From a virus (lineage: Duplodnaviria > Caudoviricetes): DNA of 64,000 nucleotides. Shown here one piece after another: positions 8,996 to 18,820 of the stretch. Position 1 is the stretch's first letter. Every line of letters starts with the position of its first letter. The stretch lies in IMG/VR virus record IMGVR_UViG_3300022752_000013; one strand, written 5' to 3'. A program made the position numbers and the translations under genes. Below the pieces are notes generated by a model. That model was not told where the DNA came from. It made no database searches and saw nothing but the letters and a program-made list of their open reading frames with translations.

Positions 8996-10285
8996 GTGCC
9001 TTCGATCCTGACCCCACTACAGATGATTGCTGGAGCCACACTCAGCAACAATCAAGGTGTGGCTATTGCTACAAATTTTACCAATGCCATCTCCTCATAT
9101 ACCGGCACCGCACTATTGACACCTTTGTTTGCGGCCCTTGGAAATAGTGCAAGTGCAAATTTAACTCCCACAACTCTTATCAGTTTAGAAACCATGGCAG
9201 CCAACAGTTGTCCTGCCCTGGCAGATAATACTCCTGAGGCATATGCCAGCAACATAGGTAACATACTAGGTCCCAGAGTAATTGCAAATTTTACCACCAA
9301 CTATGCAACATTTGAAGGTTCTATTTCGGGTAATACACTCACCGTGACCACGACTCCAGAACCTAACTTGATCTATGCGAGTCTACAACTCGGTGCTGTT
9401 GGTCTCACTGCAAATGCTTTTATCACTGCTGATCTAACTGGCAACGGCGGTGCCGGCGATTACGAAGTAACACCCGAACAAACTATTCCTTCTTCTACCA
9501 TGGTTGCCAATCCCTCACTGGCTTCTTTTGGCAACAGTATAAATGGATTCACAGGAGTTATTACCGACATCGGTAATACCTATCTTGGACAAGGCAACAC
9601 CACAGTTTTTGCACAAGTGTTTACCGCGGCACAAAGTTATATAAATCAGAATAATGATTTCATCAACACCGCCTACAATAGTCAAACCTACCTAGGTAGT
9701 ACATTTACTTCCATGAACAGTTTGATCACAGGTAACTTGACTGATATAAATTTAGCATTACCTGCGTTTGGTAGCGATTTGGCACGATTAGGTTTTCTTA
9801 TTGATCTTACCAATCTTGGTAATTTTGGTTTACCTAGTTCGGTATTCCGACAATTGGCCACAGTGACCAATCTAACTCCTAGAATTACTGTGGCTCTCAA
9901 ACAAGTGAATTTCAGTACCAGACAGATTGAAAACATTACCGATCCTGACATGCAATTGACTGACACTGAAGAAGCCAAGTTGTATCGAGCCATGCTTTTG
10001 ATCACAGGCCAAGCACTTCAGCAGGTTTGCGATATTCTGGGAATCACGTTGCCTGTGTTTGGTGTCAACACAACTCAGCCCCAAAACCCAGGATTGACCT
10101 CCATGGCAGACCTATTGAATCCTGTGAAAATATTCCCTACCAGTTTTGCCAGCCTCACAGTGAGAACCTACAATCAAAACACAACCAGTGAGTTGCGAGC
10201 CATCTATCTAGATTCAACTGGTACTATCAACAGCAGGTTGCTACAGTACCTGCCAAGATATGTTATAACAGTGGTGCCAGCATGA
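8996..10285 (+). CDS. Putative virion structural protein
   Basis: 429 aa, Thr/Asn/Gly-rich, directly downstream of PAAR in a late operon. Confidence 0.6.
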   Translation: MPSILTPLQMIAGATLSNNQGVAIATNFTNAISSYTGTALLTPLFAALGNSASANLTPTTLISLETMAANSCPALADNTPEAYASNIGNILGPRVIANFTTNYATFEGSISGNTLTVTTTPEPNLIYASLQLGAVGLTANAFITADLTGNGGAGDYEVTPEQTIPSSTMVANPSLASFGNSINGFTGVITDIGNTYLGQGNTTVFAQVFTAAQSYINQNNDFINTAYNSQTYLGSTFTSMNSLITGNLTDINLALPAFGSDLARLGFLIDLTNLGNFGLPSSVFRQLATVTNLTPRITVALKQVNFSTRQIENITDPDMQLTDTEEAKLYRAMLLITGQALQQVCDILGITLPVFGVNTTQPQNPGLTSMADLLNPVKIFPTSFASLTVRTYNQNTTSELRAIYLDSTGTINSRLLQYLPRYVITVVPA

Positions 10286-11223
10286 TTACCTACGAACGAC
10301 TTAGCAAAATTATACCCGCAGATCAAGCCCTGGCATGCAAGGCCATGAGCGTGAGTTTACAACAAGTAAAAAACATAGATACCTTGTCTTTGCCCCAGTT
10401 GGCCGCTGCCTTTGTCAACACAGTGACCACCAAGGACCTGGATCAAATCAATGCACTTACCACAGCGGTACCACCTGCTGTGGCACAGTTTTATACTGAT
10501 TACTATGCCACCGGAACAGGAACAGGAAACACACTGGTGTTGACTGATCTGTTGGGTGCCGCAGTTGGTGTGACCTATATTGATCAATTGAACAATGTTG
10601 TGACAACCATTAACTCACTAGGAAATGGTTTGTCAAATCTCACAACCATCTATGTCAGAATGCAAAACACAGTAAATGGTGTGTATGGCAATGCTGTTTC
10701 TGGGCCTGTTGTTATTCCTGCCGGTTACGGTAATGGCACTTATACCAATGCTGATGTGGCATTTAGTACTGCTTTGATTCCTAATGCGGTGATTGAAATT
10801 GGTAATGTAGTAACTGCTTATCCAACACAGACTACAGCACTCAACACAGAATTTAATACCATGGCACAAAAGATCATCAGCGAAACTGATAATTTAACTC
10901 TGGCCACTATAAACATAGCCGAATTGAATACTGATGATCGAAGTCCTGTTATGAGTTTTGTTGAAAGTCTTCCTGAATATGGTGTCAACAAAGAACAAAA
11001 TGGCCCCACATACTTTCTGGAACAAGTGGCCGATTTAGCCACTCTGGGCGGGCAAGCAATTGTGGCTTGCTTGCGTGAAGGGCAAAATCTAGCCATACTT
11101 AATAATGTGGGAATTGGTGTAGATACCAGCATTCCAAGCGAGCCCAGTTTGCCCAGTCCGGTTGCAAATCTTATTCCAGCCACATATACTGAGTCACAAG
11201 CAGCCAATTTAGTGGTGATTTAA
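10282..11223 (+). CDS. Putative virion structural protein
   Basis: 313 aa with similar composition, translationally coupled to the upstream gene. Confidence 0.6.
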   Translation: MITYERLSKIIPADQALACKAMSVSLQQVKNIDTLSLPQLAAAFVNTVTTKDLDQINALTTAVPPAVAQFYTDYYATGTGTGNTLVLTDLLGAAVGVTYIDQLNNVVTTINSLGNGLSNLTTIYVRMQNTVNGVYGNAVSGPVVIPAGYGNGTYTNADVAFSTALIPNAVIEIGNVVTAYPTQTTALNTEFNTMAQKIISETDNLTLATINIAELNTDDRSPVMSFVESLPEYGVNKEQNGPTYFLEQVADLATLGGQAIVACLREGQNLAILNNVGIGVDTSIPSEPSLPSPVANLIPATYTESQAANLVVI

Positions 11224-11299
11224 TCACGTTGTGTGTGATTCCGCTAAATATTATTCTGTGTTTGTAATCAAACACTATCTTTTAAAAAGGGAAAACTAA

Positions 11300-11842
11300 A
11301 TGAAGAAAATCTTCGCAATCTTGGCCTTGGCCATTTCAGGTACTGCTTTTGCAGCCGACACGTTTACAGTCGAAAGTCAACGTATCAACAACACAGGTGC
11401 TGCCGCACAACAACAATATGTGCTGGGCATCAAGAAAGATTTCACGGGCTTTGCCGGTGACTTGGCATTTTCAAATGCACAAACTGACGGTACAAATGCT
11501 TTGAGCACACGTATCGAAGCAGGCGCAACAGTGGCCGGTCCAGTTGGATTGTATGCTCGTGTTGCAACAGGTCAAAAGTATAGCAACACTGCTGATTTCA
11601 CATACTACTCAGTTGAGCCAGGTATTGCAGTCGCAGTTCCGGGCGTGGCAGGTTTGACTGCCAAAGCGGGTGTTCGTTTCCGTAGTGCATTTCAAAGTGC
11701 AAACAATGACCAAACACACACAGCCCGTTACTCATTGGCCTATGCCTTGAGCAAGAACGATACCGTCGCTGTCAAGTATGACCGTGTTCAAGGTGACAGC
11801 AACCAAAAGATTGTTGCAGTAGCATACACACGTGGTTTCTAA
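11300..11842 (+). CDS. Outer-membrane beta-barrel-like protein with Sec signal peptide
   Basis: Signal MKKIFAILALAISGTAFA, amphipathic beta strands and a C-terminal Phe (VAVAYTRGF). Confidence 0.7.
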   Translation: MKKIFAILALAISGTAFAADTFTVESQRINNTGAAAQQQYVLGIKKDFTGFAGDLAFSNAQTDGTNALSTRIEAGATVAGPVGLYARVATGQKYSNTADFTYYSVEPGIAVAVPGVAGLTAKAGVRFRSAFQSANNDQTHTARYSLAYALSKNDTVAVKYDRVQGDSNQKIVAVAYTRGF

Positions 11843-11872
11843 AAAGTAACACTTTTTTATTACCATAAAAAA

Positions 11873-11890
11873 GTAATACTCAAGTACTAC
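11873..11890. promoter_or_regulatory. Palindromic operator GTAATAC-TCAA-GTACTAC (degenerate tandem copy at 11846-11863)
   Basis: Same motif occurs at 36696, 46717, 49381, 61758 and 63960. Confidence 0.7.
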
Positions 11891-11920
11891 AAAACCCTGC
11901 CCTGTGCAGGGTTTTTCTTT
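11891..11920 (+). terminator. Rho-independent terminator
   Basis: AAAACCCTGC-CCTGT-GCAGGGTTTT followed by a T-rich tail. Confidence 0.85.
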
Positions 11921-11923
11921 TGG

Positions 11924-11952
11924 TTGACTCGAAATAGCCGAAATGTTATAAT
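11924..11952 (+). promoter_or_regulatory. Sigma70-type early promoter
   Basis: TTGACT-N17-TATAAT. Confidence 0.9.
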
Positions 11953-11958
11953 CATAAC

Positions 11959-12192
11959 ATGAAGTTAGAAATCAACGAAATACTACAGTGGACCGGAGCA
12001 GTGTTTATCATTGCAGGTCACAGTCTCAACGCCGTGGGTCCTGCGGCCTATCCCTACAATATCCTTGCATTTTTCCTGGGCACTATACTGTTCATGGCCT
12101 GGAGCATTCGTGTTGCAAATAAGCCACAGTTACTGGTGAACATTGTTGCCTTGGCAATTGGGCTCACAGGACTAGTCAAAGCATTTGGTTGA
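11959..12192 (+). CDS. Small multi-pass membrane protein
   Basis: 77 aa with three hydrophobic segments. Confidence 0.7.
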   Translation: MKLEINEILQWTGAVFIIAGHSLNAVGPAAYPYNILAFFLGTILFMAWSIRVANKPQLLVNIVALAIGLTGLVKAFG

Positions 12193-12217
12193 CCAATAAT
12201 TACCCATTTGCTATAAT
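12189..12217 (+). promoter_or_regulatory. Sigma70-type early promoter
   Basis: TTGACC-N17-TATAAT. Confidence 0.9.
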
Positions 12218-12247
12218 ATACACATACAGACACAAAAGGAGCCTAAA

Positions 12248-12520
12248 TTGAAACAACTGACTGAAAGCCAAAAACGTGAAGTTCGCATGTATGGTGTTAC
12301 CGAAGTCGAACTTCGCGAGAGTGTAGAACGTAGCATTACATTTCGTACGTCAGGACCTGCCATGATGGTGGCCGGGCTAATGAGCGATAGCCAAGAGATG
12401 GTGTCTTATGGTCCTCACGACAACGACAACTTTGCTAACATCTTGGAAGACCAGCGTTTGACTCTAAACCGTGCAAAATTTATTTTATTCACTTACATCA
12501 TGAACAGGGAAACAGCATGA
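12248..12520 (+). CDS. Hypothetical protein
   Basis: AAGGAG RBS, TTG start, 90 aa. Confidence 0.7.
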   Translation: MKQLTESQKREVRMYGVTEVELRESVERSITFRTSGPAMMVAGLMSDSQEMVSYGPHDNDNFANILEDQRLTLNRAKFILFTYIMNRETA

Positions 12521-12687
12521 GCCGTATGAGCGAACTTGATATTGACATTCGGTCCTTGCTGGAGAAGGGCCGGACTGCAATGGACATTGCCCGTGAACTG
12601 GAGATCCCGGTATCTTGGGTTTACGAGAAGCCAGAGGCACAAGAACCTGAAGAAGTTCTCAGCCCTTTTGCTACAATAAACAGTTGA
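12517..12687 (+). CDS. Small HTH-like hypothetical protein (56 aa, not in ORF track)
   Basis: MSRMSELDIDIRSLLEKGRTAMDIARELEIPVSWV; ATGA overlap. Confidence 0.55.
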   Translation: MSRMSELDIDIRSLLEKGRTAMDIARELEIPVSWVYEKPEAQEPEEVLSPFATINS

Positions 12688-12712
12688 CCAGAAATCCATT
12701 TTCGGTTATAAT
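12684..12712 (+). promoter_or_regulatory. Sigma70-type early promoter
   Basis: TTGACC-N17-TATAAT. Confidence 0.9.
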
Positions 12713-12743
12713 ACATTTTTAATTCATTAACTCAGGAGATTTT

Positions 12744-13112
12744 ATGTCTTATTCTTTTGCAGGTACTTCTGTACTAAAAGGTGAACTCAAAGTTCGTTTT
12801 GCTAACTCAGACGCTCGTGCCAAACAATTGGCCAAACTGGGCGACACAGATGTAAACATTGTTCAGTTGCCACGTGCAATGGACAAGTCCGAAGCGGTTG
12901 CATACTTGCTGGAGTCTGGCTTTGCCAAAGACATCTTGGTTCGTGCCGCACTTGAAGCCGAAGTGGCTCCCCGAGCCAAGGCTAAAGCACCACGCACGGT
13001 CAAAGTACGTGTGAAGTCAGTCAAGCCCAAAGCAAAGGTCAAAGTAGACCGCACCGCGGCCACTGAAGCCGAAGTGGATGCATTGTACGAGGCAGTTTAC
13101 GGTACCAAGTAA
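12744..13112 (+). CDS. Basic hypothetical protein (possible nucleic-acid binder)
   Basis: AGGAG RBS; K/R/A-rich C-terminal half. Confidence 0.7.
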   Translation: MSYSFAGTSVLKGELKVRFANSDARAKQLAKLGDTDVNIVQLPRAMDKSEAVAYLLESGFAKDILVRAALEAEVAPRAKAKAPRTVKVRVKSVKPKAKVKVDRTAATEAEVDALYEAVYGTK

Positions 13113-13258
13113 TGGTTATCAATGCCTTGTTTGTTTGGCTCAGTTGGCGAGTTGCCAACTGGTGCTTTGAAAACGACAGCCCTGGTTGGGGCTGGGTTAA
13201 TATTTTTTTCAGTGCTTACAACGGTGCTGTGATTATGTATCAATTATTAGGAGATTAA
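13112..13258 (+). CDS. Small membrane protein (48 aa, not in ORF track)
   Basis: TAATG coupling; MVINALFVWLSWRVANW... Confidence 0.45.
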   Translation: MVINALFVWLSWRVANWCFENDSPGWGWVNIFFSAYNGAVIMYQLLGD

Positions 13259-13259
13259 C

Positions 13260-13616
13260 GTGGGACTAGACATGTATGCATACACTGCCGCCAAAGAACA
13301 GGCAGATTACGAAACTGGTCAACGTGAGATTGCCTACTGGCGTAAACATCCTAATCTGCACGGTTGGATGGAACGACTTGCTGAATCTAAAAATGTCAAG
13401 TACGGCTCATTCAACGGTGTTGAACTAGAACTCACCTGGGAGGATCTGGATGAACTGGAACGTGCAATAACACATGACCAACTGCCAAGTACGCAGGGAT
13501 TCTTTTTTGGCAACGAGTCAGATGACTTTTACAAAGAACAAGATCTTGAATTCATCAAGAAAGCCCGAGCAGAATTGTTCTTGGGTTTAAAAGTGTTTTA
13601 TAACTCTTCATGGTAA
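13260..13616 (+). CDS. Conserved phage hypothetical protein
   Basis: MGLDMY...EIAYWRKHPNLHGWM motif; AGGAG RBS. Confidence 0.75.
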   Translation: MGLDMYAYTAAKEQADYETGQREIAYWRKHPNLHGWMERLAESKNVKYGSFNGVELELTWEDLDELERAITHDQLPSTQGFFFGNESDDFYKEQDLEFIKKARAELFLGLKVFYNSSW

Positions 13617-13628
13617 CCACTTAAATAT

Positions 13629-15002
13629 ATGAACGAGATCAATTTCTCAAATGAAAGGTTCGATGGCACGATGGCCGCAGGCTGGATCCGCGATCTAGAA
13701 AGTTCAGACAGCCGTATACACAAAGAAAAAACAATTGAAAAAGCATTAATGGCAGCCAAATTGGGCAGTGCCGATGCACAATGTTTTCTCTTTAATTGTT
13801 ACCAGGCCTACAATCCTTTCTACACTTTTAACATCCGTCAGGTGCCAGAGACTGAGGGTCTAACTGGTCGGCCCAACCCTTGGACAAAATTTTGGGGGTT
13901 GTTGGAAGCCCTACGCACAAGATCGAGCACAGGTAATCGTGCTAGAGAAGCCATTGAACAAATGAGTCAACAGTTTGATTCAGACGAGTGGAACAACTTG
14001 GCTCGACGTGTGATGACCAAGGATCTGCGTTGTGGTATCTCAGAAAAAACGCTAAACAAAGTACTGGGCAAAACAGAGTACCGGATTCCTGTGTTTACTT
14101 GTCAACTGGCGCAGGACTCTACAGACCAACCCAAGAAGTTGAAAGGCATCAAACGCCTAGAAGTCAAACTGGATGGTGTGCGAGTACTAGCAGTGGTTGA
14201 CGGCAGTAATGTCTCTCTGTTCAGTCGCAACGGCAAAGAGTTTGCAAACTTTACACAGATTGCAGACGCTATTGAAGATGCCCGTAAGCACTTTCAATGG
14301 GGTCGCGGCACAGGCGGACGTTTTGTATTGGATGGCGAGATTGTGGGCGAGAGTTTCCAGAAACTCATGAAGCAGGCACATCGCAAGAGTGATGCCAAGA
14401 CCGATGGCATGGTGTATCACATTTTTGATATTCTTCCATTGGAGTCATTGCAAGAAGGCCATTGTAACATACAACAGTACAAACGCATTGAGTGGATTGA
14501 GAGTGCCCGAGATCGGCTTTTGGAAACACCTTGCCTGCGTGTTATGAATGGCCTGGAGGTGGATTTGGACACAGCAGAAGGGCATGACATCATGAATCGT
14601 TTTGCCCAAGACGCTGTAGCCGAAGGCTTTGAAGGCATCATGATCAAGAGCCTGGATGCACCTTATGAGTGCAAACGCAGTGACTTTTGGATGAAATGGA
14701 AACCCACAATCTCAGTTGATCTCAATATAGTGGGTTTCGAAGAAGGAACTGGTCGCAATGCAGGCCGGTTAGGTGCTATAATATGTGAAGGAGAAGACAA
14801 TGACCGTAGAATTTGTGTTAATGTTGGTAGTGGGTTTAGTGATACTCTTCGTGATGAGTATTGGACCAGTAGGGATCAGTTACTTGGTCACTTGGTTGAA
14901 GTCCAAGCGGACGCAGTCACCCAAAATCAAGACGGAACATACAGCCTCCGATTCCCAAGGTTCTTGAGATTCCGTGACTTTGACGCTGGAGAAAAAATTT
15001 GA
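13629..15002 (+). CDS. ATP-dependent DNA ligase
   Basis: EVKLDGVR (motif I), VLDGEI, EGIMIK, WMKWK and SLRFPRFLRFR. Confidence 0.95.
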   Translation: MNEINFSNERFDGTMAAGWIRDLESSDSRIHKEKTIEKALMAAKLGSADAQCFLFNCYQAYNPFYTFNIRQVPETEGLTGRPNPWTKFWGLLEALRTRSSTGNRAREAIEQMSQQFDSDEWNNLARRVMTKDLRCGISEKTLNKVLGKTEYRIPVFTCQLAQDSTDQPKKLKGIKRLEVKLDGVRVLAVVDGSNVSLFSRNGKEFANFTQIADAIEDARKHFQWGRGTGGRFVLDGEIVGESFQKLMKQAHRKSDAKTDGMVYHIFDILPLESLQEGHCNIQQYKRIEWIESARDRLLETPCLRVMNGLEVDLDTAEGHDIMNRFAQDAVAEGFEGIMIKSLDAPYECKRSDFWMKWKPTISVDLNIVGFEEGTGRNAGRLGAIICEGEDNDRRICVNVGSGFSDTLRDEYWTSRDQLLGHLVEVQADAVTQNQDGTYSLRFPRFLRFRDFDAGEKI

Positions 15003-15193
15003 TGACACCTTTACATGATATTGTATTAGTAGCGGTTATGGTGGCACACAGTGCTTTTGGCCCTGCACAACTGGAGTACCAATCAGTTGATTATTTTAAC
15101 TCTTGGACTCGATGCCGCCAAGAGCAACAGAGATTGAGTCAAAAACAGGATAAAAGAACAGCATACATTTGTCTAAAGGTTGATAGGTCATAA
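14999..15193 (+). CDS. Hypothetical protein
   Basis: Coupled ORF in the + strand operon. Confidence 0.5.
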   Translation: MMTPLHDIVLVAVMVAHSAFGPAQLEYQSVDYFNSWTRCRQEQQRLSQKQDKRTAYICLKVDRS

Positions 15194-15421
15194 ATGACAG
15201 CACGATCAGCCAATGGTGTTTGCGGACATCTATTAAATCTAATTGACGGAACTGTAGTGTTTCGTGTGTATGATGCTGAACACAATTTCGTGGACTACGA
15301 TATACACCATAGTGACTTGTGTGTCACCATTGATGACACAGATGCGTACTTTTATCAACGAGATGGTCAAGACATATTGGATCATGCACCTATGACACTG
15401 GGGATGACAGATGATAGTTGA
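15194..15421 (+). CDS. Hypothetical protein
   Basis: 75 aa, abuts the upstream stop codon. Confidence 0.6.
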   Translation: MTARSANGVCGHLLNLIDGTVVFRVYDAEHNFVDYDIHHSDLCVTIDDTDAYFYQRDGQDILDHAPMTLGMTDDS

Positions 15422-15530
15422 AATATTTTTATACGGTTTTATCTCAGCATTCGGTTGGTGGACTGCCACGCACTATGTGATCGAACCACATTTTCCGCCA
15501 TCCATTGAAAAGAAAGCAGAGCAAAAATGA
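15411..15530 (+). CDS. Small membrane peptide (39 aa, not in ORF track)
   Basis: MIVEIFLYGFISAFGWWTATHYVIEP; fills the gap, with ATGA coupling to the next gene. Confidence 0.45.
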   Translation: MIVEIFLYGFISAFGWWTATHYVIEPHFPPSIEKKAEQK

Positions 15531-15967
15531 AAATTGGACTCAGTTATAGTCGATGTGTCCGTGATATTGTGGATGGTGTAGTGGACATTGCGGATGTGTT
15601 GGTTCTTATCACTCGTACAGATTTTGATCCGCATGATGACAACCAGTGGCAGGGCATTTGGGAAGGTTACGGCGGCGGCACAGAAAATGCTTACAGTCGT
15701 GGATTCTTTAGCCAAAGCAATCCAGAGTGGGCTGGCTATCACGATGAAGATCGTTTTCGTAGTGTGAGCATTGAACTTTGGGAAACTGGTCGATTACACC
15801 AGCCACGCAAGTTTGGCTTCCATCCTAGTCGTCGTCCTGAAATTTGGCTCGAAGCCGTTCTGCCCAGCAGTGAACTTGATCGTAACCCTGCGGCTAAAAA
15901 TGCTTGGGATCAGTTTCAAACCATTGCAGGCCTAACCAATGTCAAACTAGACAAGGAGTATCGATAA
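15527..15967 (+). CDS. Conserved phage hypothetical protein
   Basis: MKIGLSYSRCVRDIV...RLHQPRKFG. Confidence 0.7.
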   Translation: MKIGLSYSRCVRDIVDGVVDIADVLVLITRTDFDPHDDNQWQGIWEGYGGGTENAYSRGFFSQSNPEWAGYHDEDRFRSVSIELWETGRLHQPRKFGFHPSRRPEIWLEAVLPSSELDRNPAAKNAWDQFQTIAGLTNVKLDKEYR

Positions 15968-15968
15968 A

Positions 15969-16199
15969 ATGAGTAAACGTATTGGACCTATCACACTGGA
16001 CAGCGAGGCCGCTGATCGAATTACAGTGCTTACTCTCAAAGAACAACGGGCCCACCTCAAGAAGGAACTGACTGAGTGGAAGAAAGATCCCCGGTCAGAC
16101 TCAAATCCTGGTGGTAAGTGGATGCACCCTGAGGACGTGGCAATCAACACTCGCATGATTGAATCCTTAAACACAGTTATTAAGTACTTTGGCGAATGA
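15969..16199 (+). CDS. Hypothetical protein
   Basis: 76 aa, tight packing. Confidence 0.65.
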   Translation: MSKRIGPITLDSEAADRITVLTLKEQRAHLKKELTEWKKDPRSDSNPGGKWMHPEDVAINTRMIESLNTVIKYFGE

Positions 16200-16657
16200 A
16201 AAAAACTTACTACGAAAAACGTGGCCGCAGGTACGTGCCTGTGGCAGAAAACGACTACGACATGTTTGATGCCTTTCCCAAAGGATCACATCTTGTGATG
16301 TGTTACCCAGGCGGGCAAAGCAAACGCTACAATATTAATCCCAACCATGCGGCCTTGCTTGCGGCCAGTCGTGTGGCTGAGTTTGCCATGTGTGATGCTC
16401 TGCGCAAGGCCAGCGAAGTACAACCAAGTCGTACACCTCTCACACCTGAGCAAATGGCAGCCTGGAATCATCTGATTGAAGTGTTCGGTGAAGATGCTAG
16501 ATCTCTATCTCGGGCCAGTGCCCATGACATTGCCGAAGCAGGATTGAAAGCATTGCAATCGGAAGCAGATCGATTAATGAAACACGCAAGTGTAAAAAAT
16601 GCATACGAACAATTCCTGTTGGTATGCGAATTAACCAAGGAGAGCAAGAGTGCCTAA
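16196..16657 (+). CDS. Hypothetical protein
   Basis: 153 aa, ATGA overlap. Confidence 0.7.
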   Translation: MKKTYYEKRGRRYVPVAENDYDMFDAFPKGSHLVMCYPGGQSKRYNINPNHAALLAASRVAEFAMCDALRKASEVQPSRTPLTPEQMAAWNHLIEVFGEDARSLSRASAHDIAEAGLKALQSEADRLMKHASVKNAYEQFLLVCELTKESKSA

Positions 16658-17888
16658 AAAGCCCAAAATAGCAGAAGTAGAAACTGTAAATCCTGAGCAT
16701 GACAAACTCCTAGAGGTACTAAAGTTCACGCCACGCACCTACAAAATCAGCATGTGGGGCTATGGTGGCGAAAAAGTCATGGGCACAGTGGACCGTGCGG
16801 TATGGGACTACTGCATGGAACACCAAGTTGATCTTTCTGAAATTGCCTGGAGCGATGAAGAAACTGTGCAAGATGACATGAACCTTGATGTGGACCGGTT
16901 GCCATTCCCTCCAGGCTCCTGGTATGAATGTGATGACATGGCACATGTCAATGGCGTTAGCCGCAATGCCGGTACACTACAGATTGAAGATGAAACTGGT
17001 GCTGTAGTATTTGAACGGAGATTAGAAGATATGGATGGAGGCAGTGACGATAGCCCCGAATGGTCATGCAATGACGAAGCCTGGGTTGGCAGTAAGCCCG
17101 CTGGCACAGTGGTGTTCATCGGTACCAGCAATGAAAAAGGCACATTCTTTGAAGGCAATATTGAACTTACACAACCATTTGACATTACCAAACTAACTCT
17201 GGGCTACGATGACATTGACGGTGAGGAACTGGTCAACAGCGTGACCTATGATGATGAAGACATTGATAACTTTGGTGGTAGTACAGATGGTAAGAGTTCA
17301 GACTTTGGAATGTATCTTGTGATGGATAACAACACCTGGGAAACTTATGCGCCCGAAGAAAAAGACTGGGGTCATCCTCCGCATGGATCAAGTCCCAGCA
17401 CTTGGGAACGATCTGAGACATTTAAGTTTACAAAAGTCCAACCCACACTGCCTGGCTATTACAGTTGTACATGGAAGCACTTTGGCACAACATATGGCAC
17501 AGCATACTGGGATGGCACACAGTTTGGCGAATGGGAATACGGCAAGTTCAATCCTATTACAGGAGAGATTGTGACTTGGTCAGGATACAACTGGGACACC
17601 GGTTCATGGGTTAACCAACCACCAGAACCTGTAGATATTGCGTGTGACAATAAAAAATGCGGTTGGGTAGGAATGGCATCAGAGCGTCGTGAAGATGCAG
17701 ACTACAACGACCATTGCCCCGAATGCGATGGCACAGAGTTTACTTGGATTGACTATGATCCAGACTCAGCAGTTGGACGCAAGAATCGTGCTAAGTACTG
17801 CGAAGAGTGGGATCCTGCAATTGCAATGGATCGAATTGTAGCATCTGCAGATGAAGAACCGGCCAAGTGGCCAGCAACAAGACCTTAA
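16650..17888 (+). CDS. Acidic hypothetical protein with a C-terminal Zn-ribbon
   Basis: 412 aa; CDNKKC...HCPEC. Confidence 0.7.
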   Translation: MPKKPKIAEVETVNPEHDKLLEVLKFTPRTYKISMWGYGGEKVMGTVDRAVWDYCMEHQVDLSEIAWSDEETVQDDMNLDVDRLPFPPGSWYECDDMAHVNGVSRNAGTLQIEDETGAVVFERRLEDMDGGSDDSPEWSCNDEAWVGSKPAGTVVFIGTSNEKGTFFEGNIELTQPFDITKLTLGYDDIDGEELVNSVTYDDEDIDNFGGSTDGKSSDFGMYLVMDNNTWETYAPEEKDWGHPPHGSSPSTWERSETFKFTKVQPTLPGYYSCTWKHFGTTYGTAYWDGTQFGEWEYGKFNPITGEIVTWSGYNWDTGSWVNQPPEPVDIACDNKKCGWVGMASERREDADYNDHCPECDGTEFTWIDYDPDSAVGRKNRAKYCEEWDPAIAMDRIVASADEEPAKWPATRP

Positions 17889-17899
17889 AGGAGAAAACT

Positions 17900-18589
17900 A
17901 TGAATGATACACTTGTATTTAATGATGAACAATACCGTTCAGCAGAACAAATCAACTCGGCCATGGGCCGTGTTTACGGACACATGAGTCTGGCAGTGAT
18001 TGTGAGTATGCTGGTCAGTTACTGGGTAGGAACCACACCAGAGTTGCTACAATTATTTTTCACAGGCATAACAAAATGGATTGTGATTTTTGCTCCGCTG
18101 GTGGCAATCTTTGGTGTGAGCATGGTGCTGGGTAATAACCCAAGCAAACCAGTAGCACAGTTATGCCTACATGGCTTTGCCGCTTTAATGGGTCTGAGTT
18201 TTTCAATGATCTTTGCTGTGTTTGCCATGGGGTCAATTGTGAGTGCCTTTATGGGTGCGGCCATCTTGTTTGGTGTAATGAGTGGATATGGCTACTTTAC
18301 CAAACGCAGTCTTGACAGCATGGGCAAGTTTATGATTGTAGGTTTGATCGCCATCTGTATTGCCAGTATTGTGAACATCTTTATTGGCAGCACCGTGATG
18401 CAGATGGTGATCTCCGCACTGGCTATCATTATCTTCTTGGGACTTACTGCCTATGACACACAACAGATCCGTGAAGAACTCAGTGTAGAAACTACTGATG
18501 CCGCAGAAGTGCGTGGTGCGTTGACCTTGTACATGGACTTTATCAACTTGTTCTTGAATTTGTTACAACTGTTTGGCGATAGAAAATAA
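17900..18589 (+). CDS. Bax inhibitor-1/YccA family membrane protein
   Basis: About 7 TM helices, MGRVYGHM, YDTQQI and GALTLYMDFINLFLNLL. AAGGAG RBS before ATG 17900. Confidence 0.9.
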   Translation: MNDTLVFNDEQYRSAEQINSAMGRVYGHMSLAVIVSMLVSYWVGTTPELLQLFFTGITKWIVIFAPLVAIFGVSMVLGNNPSKPVAQLCLHGFAALMGLSFSMIFAVFAMGSIVSAFMGAAILFGVMSGYGYFTKRSLDSMGKFMIVGLIAICIASIVNIFIGSTVMQMVISALAIIIFLGLTAYDTQQIREELSVETTDAAEVRGALTLYMDFINLFLNLLQLFGDRK

Positions 18590-18617
18590 ACATTACTGAT
18601 TTTAGAACAACAATAAG

Positions 18618-18646
18618 TTGACACGCCACCACTTTCTTTGTATAAT
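18618..18646 (+). promoter_or_regulatory. Sigma70-type early promoter
   Basis: TTGACA-N17-TATAAT. Confidence 0.9.
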
Positions 18647-18654
18647 GTACATGT

Positions 18655-18820
18655 GCATGAGCAAGGAGATTGGTGGCGATCTAATGGTATGAGCGGGGTG
18701 ATCGATTCGCCCGGGCCCGACATAACCGTGGCAGGTAGATATAATGCCCACAAGGTTGAGACACTGTCCAAGACTCAGCAATGAGTCAAAACCGGCTGGT
18801 ACCCGGTGTATGCTCAAGTT
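18655..18820 (+). ncRNA. Candidate structured non-coding RNA or long leader
   Basis: No + strand ORF over about 200 nt. A closing helix TGAGCA/TGCTCA encloses five hairpins, including GACTCA-GCAA-TGAGTC. Confidence 0.5.

Noticed and set aside
11873-11890. The operator palindromes as a CRISPR array or NtcA site
   Set aside because: The copies are dispersed over 52 kb rather than regularly spaced, and the spacing does not fit GTA-N8-TAC.
18690-18725. tRNA or tmRNA gene
   Set aside because: A T-arm-like hairpin is present, but no acceptor stem, CCA end, anticodon arm or tag reading frame could be assembled.
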